DNA of 64,000 bases from Spirochaetota bacterium (GTDB lineage: Bacteria > Spirochaetota > UBA6919 > CBDBPB01), in contig CBDBPB010000004.1 of assembly GCA_965208615.1 (NCBI GenBank), forward strand, positions 256,001-320,000, in the 5' to 3' direction. Below are positions 1-9,319 of this stretch, piece by piece. Numbering within the stretch: the stretch's first letter is position 1; every line of letters starts with the position of its first letter. The position numbers were made by a program, and so were the translations under genes. The notes below the pieces were generated by a model, which saw only the letters and a list, made by a program, of their open reading frames with translations, made no database searches and was not told the origin of the DNA.

Positions 1-84
1 TTTAATTTGTCCTAGATTTTCTATTTCTTTATTTAGTATATCAACAAGGGAGATAACTAGTTTTTCAAAGCTGTTATCGGTCAT
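1..84 (-). CDS. Partial CDS running off the window start (MTDNSFEKLVISLVDILNKEIENLGQIK...), possibly an FlgN-like flagellar chaperone
   Basis: ATG at 84 preceded by a GAGGTG Shine-Dalgarno. Frame stays open to the window edge. Amphipathic helix pattern. A sigma28-type promoter lies upstream. Confidence 0.5.
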   Translation of the reverse strand, partial: MTDNSFEKLVISLVDILNKEIENLGQIK

Positions 85-155
85 AACACCTCACTTTTGG
101 GGTAATTATTTTATACCAGGCACGGAATGTGCAGACAACACTTATTATGTTAGGG

Positions 156-182
156 TTATCGGTTAAGTTGGCAATGGATTTA
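156..182 (-). promoter_or_regulatory. sigma28 (FliA)-type promoter
   Basis: Minus strand reads TAAA-tccattgccaacttaa(16 nt)-CCGATAA, a near-consensus FliA promoter upstream of the ORF at 84. Confidence 0.7.
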
Positions 183-611
183 ATGGATTTAAAAAAAAAC
201 AAATATTAAATGATAACGTAGTATAAAAGCCATTCTTAGATGTTATAGGCTTCCTATTAGGTTTTTGTAAAGGGGTTGCGAGATGCTGTTATTTTTTATA
301 ACAGTTAACTTATTGATCAAGCTAAATAGTGAAATTAAGAATCCTCACTATTATATCCATTGAGACAACAAATAATAAGCTTTTTTAAAAAGTCAAATTA
401 TCTCCAAAGCTCTTTTTATTTTATAAAAATTGAACATAGTTAATATAATATAGTTTTTATGTTTAGTAATTGTTATATGTTAACATTGGGTTATAATTAT
501 AAATAGAAAGGTATCTTAAGCGGTTTACAAGTTTAAAAAAATTGGATTATAGATAGTTATTATAAACAAGAAAATACCTAATAAGCTAAAATAAAAAGCA
601 AGGAGAATATC

Positions 612-1008
612 ATGAAACTAAAAATATTTACAATCCTTATAATAGGGAGTTTTTTTCTTGTAATTGGCTGTGGTGGCAATAATAGCGTATCCCAATAATG
701 GGGAAACATGGGCTACAAAGTCTAGCGGTATAACTACTTCTCTCAATAGCATAGCCTATGGTAATAACACATGGATTGCAATAGGGAGTAATGGTGTGAT
801 CTTAACATCCCCAGACACTGAGACATGGACTCAAAAAACTAGTGGAATAAGTACAATCCTCCGTAAAATAGCCTATAATAATAATATGTGGGTTATAGTA
901 GGTGATGGGGGAGTTATTTTAACCTCTACCGACGGAGATACATGGACTACACTTACTAGCGGCACAACTCAAGGACTTTATAAAATACTATGCAATCCAA
1001 GTTTATAA
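612..1008 (+). pseudogene. Frameshifted lipoprotein with BNR/beta-propeller-like repeats (ILTSxDGxTWT)
   Basis: AGGAG RBS and ATG at 612 give MKLKIFTILIIGSFFLVIG-C-GGNNSVSQ* (lipobox, stop 696-698). The repeat domain continues in the +1 frame (ORF 664-1008). Deleting one C of TCCC at about 690-693 joins the two parts. Confidence 0.6.
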
Positions 1009-1044
1009 AAACTATTTTACCTTAAAAAATATTTAAATATTAAT

Positions 1045-1086
1045 AAAAAGCTTTCTTTTATATTAAAAAAGAAAGCTTTTTTTTTT
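1045..1086 (+). terminator. Rho-independent (possibly bidirectional) terminator
   Basis: AAAAAGCTTTCTTTT-atattaa-AAAAGAAAGCTTTTT inverted repeat followed by a T run. Confidence 0.65.
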
Positions 1087-1097
1087 ACCTTATAACT

Positions 1098-2870
1098 ATG
1101 GATAATTATTACTTCTGGTTCGAAACTAACCAAATTGATGATCATAATTATTTGTCATATTACTTTTATAATCCCGTTGAGGTTATTGTACTCTGGCATG
1201 AAAAAGATTTAGTGGGTTTTTTTGGACTCTTAGAAAAACTAACTAAAACTTATTATGTTGCTGGTTATCTATCCTATGAAATGGGTTATCTATTCGAAAA
1301 AAAGCTGTCTCACAAACAGACTAACTATCCACTCGCTATTTTTTGTGCCTATGACAAACCTATTATATATGATCATCGTAAAAAAAGCTTTACAAGAGGA
1401 TCTTTTAGTTATCCTCAGGCCGACTTGCATTATAGCCTTAAAAACATAAAATGGAATACAACTAAAAAGGACTACTATAAAAACATCCATAAAATAAAGA
1501 GCCACATTATAGCTGGGGACGTTTATCAGGTTAACTATACCACAAAGTATAGCTTTGACTTTGAAGGCTCAGCCATTGGACTATATCTAAACTTGAAGCA
1601 GAGGCAAAAAGTATCATATAACGTTTTTGCTAAGCTCGATGATTTTTATATATTATCGTTATCCCCCGAGTTATTTTTCTCTTTGGATGATAATATCATA
1701 AAGCTAAAGCCCATGAAAGGCACTATAACACGGGGTCGTAGTTTAAAAGAGGATAAAAATAACATAGACTTTCTTATTGGCGACGAGAAAAACAAAAGTG
1801 AGAACATAATGATTGTTGACCTTATCAGAAACGACATAGGACGAGTTTCCGATTATGGTTCTGTTAGGGTAGACAGTCTTTTGGATGTTGAAAAGTATAA
1901 CACATTATTCCAAATGACATCATCCATTGAGGCTAGGCTTAATGACATTAGTTATTTTGATTTATTTAGGGCTATATTCCCGTCTGGTTCTATAACTGGT
2001 GCACCTAAAATACGCAGTATGGAGATTATAAAAGAGATAGAGCATAATCCAAGGAATATATATACTGGTTCAATAGGTTTTTTTGAGCCTGGGCATAAGG
2101 CTATGTTCAACGTTGCAATTAGGACTTTGTTAATAAGGGATAATAGGGCTGAGTTTGGTGTAGGAGGGGGTATTGTTTACGATTCTATAAGCGAAAATGA
2201 GTTAAGGGAGTGTAGGCTTAAGACACAGTTTATAAAAAAAAGGAATACCATTAATTTTAGTTTAATTGAGACCATTAATTTTAATAAGGGATTATATGAA
2301 CATCTTGATTTACATTTAGATCGTTTATCAGAGTCGGCTTTATACTTTGATTTTAGCTATAACGTTGATAGGATAATGGATGAGCTTATTAAGAGAAAGT
2401 TTAGTTTAAAGGATTATCAATATAGGATTAGATTTTTGCTCCATAGTGACGGCAGTTTTGACATTGAATCTCATAAAGTGGATAATTTACCTAATGAATA
2501 CAGGATTGGTATATCCAGCCATATTATTGACAGTACTAATTTATTTTACTTTCATAAAACCACAAACCGTAAGTTATATAATGCTGAGCTTAAGAGGGCC
2601 AGGGATAATAATCTATTCGACGTTATTTTTCTTAATGAGAAGTCTGAGCTTACTGAAGGTACAATTAGCAATTTGTATGTTAGGCTGGATGGGATTATAT
2701 ATACGCCGCCTATTAGCAGTGGTCTTTTGGATGGGATAATCAGACGGATTATGATTGACAAAGGTAAAGTGATAGAGAAAGTTTTAGTTAAGGATGACAT
2801 TTTAAAAGCTGATGATATTTACATATCCAATTCTATTATAGGTTTTAGGTCTGCGATTTTATCCTTGTGA
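1098..2870 (+). CDS. pabB: Fused aminodeoxychorismate synthase component I / 4-amino-4-deoxychorismate lyase (PabB-PabC)
   Basis: Chorismate-binding motifs GDVYQVN, SLSPELFF, PMKGT, ENIMIVDLIRND, FPSGSITGAPK, GVGGGIV. C-terminal aminotransferase class IV motifs HLDRL, HKTTNR, TEGTISN, GLLDGI. Confidence 0.9.
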   Translation: MDNYYFWFETNQIDDHNYLSYYFYNPVEVIVLWHEKDLVGFFGLLEKLTKTYYVAGYLSYEMGYLFEKKLSHKQTNYPLAIFCAYDKPIIYDHRKKSFTRGSFSYPQADLHYSLKNIKWNTTKKDYYKNIHKIKSHIIAGDVYQVNYTTKYSFDFEGSAIGLYLNLKQRQKVSYNVFAKLDDFYILSLSPELFFSLDDNIIKLKPMKGTITRGRSLKEDKNNIDFLIGDEKNKSENIMIVDLIRNDIGRVSDYGSVRVDSLLDVEKYNTLFQMTSSIEARLNDISYFDLFRAIFPSGSITGAPKIRSMEIIKEIEHNPRNIYTGSIGFFEPGHKAMFNVAIRTLLIRDNRAEFGVGGGIVYDSISENELRECRLKTQFIKKRNTINFSLIETINFNKGLYEHLDLHLDRLSESALYFDFSYNVDRIMDELIKRKFSLKDYQYRIRFLLHSDGSFDIESHKVDNLPNEYRIGISSHIIDSTNLFYFHKTTNRKLYNAELKRARDNNLFDVIFLNEKSELTEGTISNLYVRLDGIIYTPPISSGLLDGIIRRIMIDKGKVIEKVLVKDDILKADDIYISNSIIGFRSAILSL

Positions 2871-2932
2871 TTATTTTTTCAGTGGAGTTTAAAATCAAAA
2901 TGATAAATTTTGTCATTTTGGTCTACAATATA

Positions 2933-3601
2933 CTAATTATTTAATGCTTTTTTAAAGCGTCTTAGGCTATTGTTAAAATCTTTGTTATTGGGTTCCATTT
3001 TAACCACCTTTTCTTGTATCTCAACTGCTTTTTTATAGTTTTTATTAACGAAATAAGCTTCAGCAAGGGTATCCAAAACAAAAGGATTATTATCTGATAG
3101 GTCCACCGCTTTTTTAGCGTACTCCAACGCTTTTTTGGGATTACGATATTTATAATCCTTTGCAGTAGCATAAAGCCAAGCAAGAGCATTATAAGGTAAA
3201 TAATTATCATTATCCTTATCCACAAGGGTTTTAAGGTAAAAAAGAGACTTTTTATACTCTTCAATCTCGTAATATATTGATCCAATAAAGAAATAAGCTC
3301 CTTTATTATCAGGATCATAATCTATTACCTTGTTAAAATGGTAAAGAGATAGACTAAGACTATTTTGCAAAAATAAAAACTGTCCCAATAAATAGTGAGC
3401 CTTAGTATTACTTTCATCCTCTTTCAATGCCTCATTCAGATAGGACAACACTATATTTTTATTCTCTTTGCTAATGGGAATATGACCGCTTCTCATTTGC
3501 TTAATATAGGCCTCAGCTATATATATATTGGACATCACCCTATTTTTTGAACAGCCTATTATGAATAATACAAATATAATTAATATTAGTTTAACTTTCA
3601 T
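2933..3601 (-). CDS. TPR-repeat lipoprotein
   Basis: Signal peptide with lipobox FIIG-C. TPR motifs, including YNALAWLYAT...ALEYAKKAV...LDTLAEAYF. Confidence 0.8.
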   Translation of the reverse strand: MKVKLILIIFVLFIIGCSKNRVMSNIYIAEAYIKQMRSGHIPISKENKNIVLSYLNEALKEDESNTKAHYLLGQFLFLQNSLSLSLYHFNKVIDYDPDNKGAYFFIGSIYYEIEEYKKSLFYLKTLVDKDNDNYLPYNALAWLYATAKDYKYRNPKKALEYAKKAVDLSDNNPFVLDTLAEAYFVNKNYKKAVEIQEKVVKMEPNNKDFNNSLRRFKKALNN

Positions 3602-3603
3602 AT

Positions 3604-4512
3604 TTACGTTATTAGTGATCCAATAAGGGATTTAATATCATTAAAGCTATGCTTTATGCAGTATTGTTTAATATCCTCAATTATCTGTATAGAACTAAGA
3701 GGATTAATAAAATTAGCTGTTCCAACCTGAATAGCAGAGGCACCTGCAATAATAAACTCCATAGCGTCATTACCGTTCATAATCCCCCCTATCCCTATGA
3801 CTGGTATTTTAACGCTATTAACAGCCTCCCAGACCATCCTAAGGGCAATAGGCCTAATAGCAGGGCCAGATAAACCTCCTATTTTATTAGCCAATATAGG
3901 TTTTCTGTTTTCTATATCTATAGCCATGGCGGATATAGTATTTATTAGTGATAGTGCATCAGCACCCTCATACTCGGCTATCTTAGCCATTTCACTTATG
4001 CTGGTTACATTTGGGGACAGCTTTACAATTAGAGTAAGATTAGTCATTTTTCTTATGGACCTAACTAATCCCGATAACACCTCTGGATCAGTGCCAAAAG
4101 ACATCCCTCCAGCCTTTATATTAGGACAGGATACATTTAGCTCTAACCCAGATATACCGCTAATAGCATTTAACCTCTCACAGGCCTTTTCGTACTCATA
4201 ATTAGACCTACCCCAAAAGTTAACTATTATAGGTACGTCATATCCCCTTAGAATAGGCATCTTATCCTTTTCAAAACTGTCTATACCTATTCCCTGCAAA
4301 CCTATAGAATTTAACATACCACACGGAGTCTCAACAATCCGTATAGGCGGATTACCCCCTTGTGGATCAATATGCAGTCCTTTTACGGATATAGCCCCTA
4401 ATTTACTTATATCTAATATATCTATAAACTCAGTACCATAGCCAAAAGTACCAGAAGCAGATATTACCGGATTCTTTAAATTAATCCTGCCTATTTGTAT
4501 ACTTAAGTCCAT
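3604..4512 (-). CDS. pyrD: Dihydroorotate dehydrogenase (family 1B) catalytic subunit
   Basis: Motifs ASGTFGYG, LNSIGLQG, ELNVSCPN, KLSPN, GGLSGPAIRP. Confidence 0.95.
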   Translation of the reverse strand: MDLSIQIGRINLKNPVISASGTFGYGTEFIDILDISKLGAISVKGLHIDPQGGNPPIRIVETPCGMLNSIGLQGIGIDSFEKDKMPILRGYDVPIIVNFWGRSNYEYEKACERLNAISGISGLELNVSCPNIKAGGMSFGTDPEVLSGLVRSIRKMTNLTLIVKLSPNVTSISEMAKIAEYEGADALSLINTISAMAIDIENRKPILANKIGGLSGPAIRPIALRMVWEAVNSVKIPVIGIGGIMNGNDAMEFIIAGASAIQVGTANFINPLSSIQIIEDIKQYCIKHSFNDIKSLIGSLIT

Positions 4513-4536
4513 ATCAACCCTAAAAATATACCATTA

Positions 4537-5637
4537 CTAAACGTTAAATCTAAAATGTACTATATCCCCATCTTTTATGATATAGTCTTTGCCTTCTATA
4601 CGCAGTTTCCCATTTTGTCTAGCGTTATTGTATGAGCCTTTAGCATTTATAAAATCGTCATAACCTATAACTTCAGCCCTTATAAATCCTTTTTCAAAGT
4701 CGCTGTGTATTTTACCAGCCGCTTTACTTGCAGAAGTACCCTTTTTTATTGTCCATCCTCTACACTCTTTTTCACCAGCAGTAAAAAAACTTATTAGTCC
4801 TAATAGGCTGTATCCTTTATTGATTAACTGTTTTAGACCAGACTCATCTATACCCATATCTTCTAAATATTCCTTAGCCTCACTATTTGTTAGGCTGGTT
4901 AGCTCTTCTTCGATTTTAGCCGATAAACTAATAAGTTCAAAGTTTTTATCTTTAGTATAAGATAACAACTTATCATAAAAGGAATAACTATTAACTGATG
5001 AAATCTGATCCTCTCCTAGATTAGCAACGATTATCATAGGTTTAAGGCTTAGTAGTCTATATTCCTTTAAAAAGCCCTTTTCAGAATCGGTAAACAACAT
5101 ATTATTAGTAGTTTTTTCGTTATTAATTAGCTCTTCCAGCTTTTCGACAAGTCTAATTTCTTTATCAGCCTCTTTTTTACCCACTTTTCTATTTTTGTTC
5201 AGCCTAACTTTTCTATTATTCAGCGTATCAAGATCTTTAAGGCGTAGCTCGGTTAATATAATTTCTATATCCCTTATTGGATCAACCTTATCTATGTGAA
5301 CAATATCAGGATCATCAAATAATCTAACAATCTGTGCAATAGCCTCTACATCTTTTATATGAGCAAGAAATTGGTTGCCAAGACCTTGTCCTTCGCTTGC
5401 ACCCTTTATTAAGCCAGCTATATCTGTAAAGTTCATATAAGTGGGAATAACACTTTTAGGTTTAACATATTGTGCTATTTCATATAGTCTATTATCAGGT
5501 AGAGCAACAACTCCAATGTTAGCATCTATAGTGCAAAAGGGATAGTTTGAACTCTCTACCTTAGACTTAGTTAGAGCATTAAACAAAGTTGACTTTCCAA
5601 CATTGGGTAGTCCTACTATTCCGCATGAGAATCCCAT
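4537..5637 (-). CDS. ychF: Ribosome-binding ATPase YchF
   Basis: Motifs GIVGLPNVGKSTLFN, NYPFCTI, DIAGL, GLGNQFL, AAGKIHSDFEKGFIRAE and terminal FRFNV. Confidence 0.97.
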   Translation of the reverse strand: MGFSCGIVGLPNVGKSTLFNALTKSKVESSNYPFCTIDANIGVVALPDNRLYEIAQYVKPKSVIPTYMNFTDIAGLIKGASEGQGLGNQFLAHIKDVEAIAQIVRLFDDPDIVHIDKVDPIRDIEIILTELRLKDLDTLNNRKVRLNKNRKVGKKEADKEIRLVEKLEELINNEKTTNNMLFTDSEKGFLKEYRLLSLKPMIIVANLGEDQISSVNSYSFYDKLLSYTKDKNFELISLSAKIEEELTSLTNSEAKEYLEDMGIDESGLKQLINKGYSLLGLISFFTAGEKECRGWTIKKGTSASKAAGKIHSDFEKGFIRAEVIGYDDFINAKGSYNNARQNGKLRIEGKDYIIKDGDIVHFRFNV

Positions 5638-5787
5638 AAATTACCTCTTAAATATATTTTATATAGGTTAACGTTTTATTTTGATTTAAAGGTTTTTTTT
5701 AGTAGCTTTTAATAAGGATTTTTATTTTGCATAAAAATAATAAAGTATACAATTTAATAACATAATAAAATTAATCCCACATAAAGG

Positions 5788-5819
5788 ATTATAATTTACT
5801 ATAATTATAATTTACTATA
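5788..5819. repeat. 16-bp tandem duplication (ATTATAATTTACTATA x2)
   Basis: Exact adjacent repeat in the intergenic region between ychF and the InsA-like gene. Confidence 0.75.
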
Positions 5820-5851
5820 AAAAGAATAAACTGCCATATCATTATGGTATT

Positions 5852-6145
5852 TTAGCTTTTAACAAGGGTTTTATCCTTAGACTTACTATTTACCAAGCTC
5901 TTTTTTAGTATCCTCGCAACAGTAGGCCTACTAACACCGGTTACTCTAACAATACCTCTTTGGGATAAGTTTTCTTGATACAGCTTTTCAATTAACTTGG
6001 ACTTTTCTTCTAGTTCCTCTTTTTTTAGGTTAAGGGTACCATAAAAATTACAGTCCTTACAGTGGTATTTCTGCCTTCCCGATTTAGTATGTCCATTTCT
6101 CCTTATGTTATAACCCTCGCACCTTCTACAAATCATACTGATCAT
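5852..6145 (-). mobile_element. IS1-family InsA-like protein (Zn ribbon + HTH); IS remnant without InsB
   Basis: CRRC...RNGHTKSGRQKYHCKDC zinc ribbon and SQRGIVRVTGVSRPTVARIL helix-turn-helix. An A-AAA-AAG slippery site follows the HTH, but the -1 frame closes after a few codons. Confidence 0.75.
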
Positions 6146-6284
6146 AGCATTTAACCCTTTGTTTATTTAAAAGGAAACACCAGTCATGTTAATTTCGTTA
6201 TTTATTATTCTTATATATGTTAAAATTTAGAATAGGAAAAGATTAAGTTGATATGCTCAAAGTTATAGCAAAAAGACTGTATAA

Positions 6285-7019
6285 TTAGTTTTTAACCTTA
6301 AAAAAATTATTATTATTTAAAATAAGTCTATCGTTATCAATAAAATTATAGTTTATAACATTATCCTTATCGACAAATATAAGTTTTAAACTTTCCTTCT
6401 CTTTTGATATAATATATTTCCCTTTTCTAACAACCGGAAGAGGCTTTCTTCTTGTGTTTTCATCTGTCAAAGAAGAACCTATCTTATTATAAACCTTAAT
6501 ATAATTAAAAGAACCGTCATCAAAAAAACTATATTGTTCTTTAAACTCCGATACAATATTTCTCCACTTGCCATATATTCGCTTATCCCAATCCCTTAGT
6601 CTATTTAACTTTTTAGCCTCTTTAAGCCGTCTAACTTTTTCTTTTTCTATCCAGCTATCAGAGTTAAGACTATTGGATAAAAACATATACTTATTATTAT
6701 GGTTATCAGCCAGGTTATTAAACATTATACCAATTTTCAAAATAACTATAATATCATTAAGATTAGCTCGTTTTTCTAGTAATTTATATGCCTTAGTCAA
6801 ACTATATATAGCTTTATCCTTAACCGTATTATGTATTTCTTTATTACCTAGACTTTTTGTAACTATATTCTCTATTGCTTTTAAGCTCTCAATTCTTTTT
6901 TCTATATTGGAATTTGCGTTGATAATATTATTATAATGGTTTTCTATATTTTTATTATAGTCAACCTCTTGGCCGCAGGACAATAACAATAATATATAAA
7001 TAATTGATAAATATCTCAT
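6285..7019 (-). CDS. Hypothetical lipoprotein
   Basis: Signal peptide and lipobox LLLS-C. C-terminal beta-rich segment beginning IYGKW. Confidence 0.7.
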   Translation of the reverse strand: MRYLSIIYILLLLSCGQEVDYNKNIENHYNNIINANSNIEKRIESLKAIENIVTKSLGNKEIHNTVKDKAIYSLTKAYKLLEKRANLNDIIVILKIGIMFNNLADNHNNKYMFLSNSLNSDSWIEKEKVRRLKEAKKLNRLRDWDKRIYGKWRNIVSEFKEQYSFFDDGSFNYIKVYNKIGSSLTDENTRRKPLPVVRKGKYIISKEKESLKLIFVDKDNVINYNFIDNDRLILNNNNFFKVKN

Positions 7020-7069
7020 TTGTACTACTCTTAAATTTGTATTTATTAAGATTTTTAATACTAATAAAA

Positions 7070-9220
7070 TTACTTTATTTTATCAAGTTCATCAATAACA
7101 ATGGATTTTGTTAGGAGTTCGGGCAGTATAACAGGATCATTATTTTTACCGCCAGTATATAAAACATACACTGGAACAGATGCACGACCTAATTTAGCTA
7201 GTTCTTTAGTAATCACAGGGTTATTATTTGTCCAGTCAGCTTTCATTAGAGTTACATTATATTCTCTAAACTTATCCATAACTTCTTTAGTATTTAAAAC
7301 AGTTCTAGTATTCCACTGACAGCTTAAGCACCAGCTTGCAGTAAAATTAATGAAAATAGGAACCTTATTTTTACGCAACTCCTCTACTCTTTTAGGTGAA
7401 AAGATCTCCCATTTGCCTTCCTTGCTCTTATAAGAGGAATTAATCTTATTGATATTAGTTTTATTATCATCAATTTTAGTTATTTCTGCTCTCGCATAGA
7501 CAAATCCGCCTACTATAAAGCTAATAGTCAAAACGTATGATAATACTCTTGTTTTTTTGTTATGGTTAATAGTACCCCAACGACCATATATCCAAACGCC
7601 AAAGCTCATAATTAGTAGTGCCATTAACATTATAACTACTGAATCTGGATTCCCTAGCTTATCCAATACCCATATTAGCCAAATAACGCTTGCCATTAGC
7701 AAAAAACCCAAAAATTGTTTAAATGACTCCATCCACTTGCCAGCCGGCGGTATTAGCCTTATGAGCCTAGGGAAAAATGATAAAAGTAAATAAGGAATAG
7801 ATAAACCCAAAGCCAAAAAAGTAAATATTAATAGGGATATTACACTGGATTGGGATAATGCAAAAGCAAGAGCAGTACCCATAAAAGGTGCTGAACACGG
7901 TGTTGCAACTACTACAGTTATTATACCTGTTAAAAATGAGCTAAGATAGCCTGATTTGCTTATTTTGCTGTCTATATTGGGCGTGAATATTGATATTTCA
8001 AATAGTCCAAATAGATTGAGGGCAAATAAAAAAAATAGTGCGGCAATGACTATAACAAAGGTTGGCGACTGAAGATGAAAACCCCAGCCTACTTCCATAC
8101 CTCCTTTACGGAGAATTATTAGTATAATTACTAGTACCCATAAGGATATTAGTACACCAAAAGTAAAAATTATACCATGGAGCCTTAGTTTAGCCTTATC
8201 TTTTTTTGACTTTTCTATGAAGTTCAAAACTTTTATGGATAATACTGGAAATACACATGGCATTAAGTTTAGTATTAGTCCGCCGATTAGAGCGAATATT
8301 AATATTGTAAAAATGCTGGTTGTATGTTTATTATTTGCTATTATAATTGGCAATGTGGATAATGGAATATCTATATACAAAGCAGGCTCTGAGCCTTTAC
8401 CACGCCATCCTGTTGAGGATACTAAAACACCTTTTAGTCTTTTAGGCGGTTCTTTAATATTTTTATATGCTTTAACTTCTAACAGGTGATTGGGCTTTAG
8501 GACTTGTTTTGCGTTATAGTCAATAAGGTTATGTTCTTCTGGGTAGAAGTATAAAGAGTTATGGCTATAATTATATTCAGCATTAGGGCTAAGCTTAATT
8601 TGTATTTTATTATTGTTATAAGATGCCTTAGTCATCCACTGGGACTGCTTTATAGGCAGTTTAGCTCTTGCCTTAGAAAGGGCTATGATCCATTTTTTTA
8701 TAGGTTTGGGATTATTATTACTTACTGGTAGAGTTATTTTTAAGTTTTCATTATCTTGTATACAAACGGTTTTGCAGATGAGCCATCTAGCTTTAGCTAT
8801 GATTGTTATTTTTCTTTGTTTTACTATTTTTGGAGTTTGTATTTTTACTAAAAGAAAAACTTCATTGCTGTATCCATAGTTTATTATTTTTTTACTATCT
8901 GATAAAGGCGTTTCAAACTCAGTTGGATACGGCCATTGTATTTCATTTGCTTTAAAGTTTTTGGGTAATATCCACTTTATAGTTGGAGCCTGACCTATTG
9001 GAGGCTGACCTGATATACCACCTGGATTTTTCCAATATATATGCCAATCTTTATCCAGTTTAAACCTAAGTGCTAACCAGAACGACCTATCCGCCTTAAT
9101 ATGTTCGACCTCTGATATAAGTTCTACTTCTGAATGCTGTTTTTTAATTGTATTAGCAAATATATTTTCTGATATAATTACTAGTAGTGCTATAACTATA
9201 ATATGGTTAAGTCTTTTCAT
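7070..9220 (-). CDS. dsbD: Thiol:disulfide interchange protein, DsbD/ScsB family
   Basis: N-terminal WHIYWKNPG and LICKTVC, membrane domain LNLMPCVFPVL and ATPCSAPFMG, C-terminal thioredoxin TASWCLSC. Confidence 0.9.
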   Translation of the reverse strand: MKRLNHIIVIALLVIISENIFANTIKKQHSEVELISEVEHIKADRSFWLALRFKLDKDWHIYWKNPGGISGQPPIGQAPTIKWILPKNFKANEIQWPYPTEFETPLSDSKKIINYGYSNEVFLLVKIQTPKIVKQRKITIIAKARWLICKTVCIQDNENLKITLPVSNNNPKPIKKWIIALSKARAKLPIKQSQWMTKASYNNNKIQIKLSPNAEYNYSHNSLYFYPEEHNLIDYNAKQVLKPNHLLEVKAYKNIKEPPKRLKGVLVSSTGWRGKGSEPALYIDIPLSTLPIIIANNKHTTSIFTILIFALIGGLILNLMPCVFPVLSIKVLNFIEKSKKDKAKLRLHGIIFTFGVLISLWVLVIILIILRKGGMEVGWGFHLQSPTFVIVIAALFFLFALNLFGLFEISIFTPNIDSKISKSGYLSSFLTGIITVVVATPCSAPFMGTALAFALSQSSVISLLIFTFLALGLSIPYLLLSFFPRLIRLIPPAGKWMESFKQFLGFLLMASVIWLIWVLDKLGNPDSVVIMLMALLIMSFGVWIYGRWGTINHNKKTRVLSYVLTISFIVGGFVYARAEITKIDDNKTNINKINSSYKSKEGKWEIFSPKRVEELRKNKVPIFINFTASWCLSCQWNTRTVLNTKEVMDKFREYNVTLMKADWTNNNPVITKELAKLGRASVPVYVLYTGGKNNDPVILPELLTKSIVIDELDKIK

Positions 9221-9319
9221 TTTGAACCTTTAAATTGATTTATAAAAGTTTAATAAAAATTATTATATTTGCATAAATAAATCTTTTTTTATTTATTTAT
9301 TTACAATTGGTATTAGTTT

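Noticed and set aside
5820-6200. Complete IS1 element with terminal inverted repeats
   Set aside because: No matching inverted repeat pair or target duplication was found, and there is no InsB/DDE frame.
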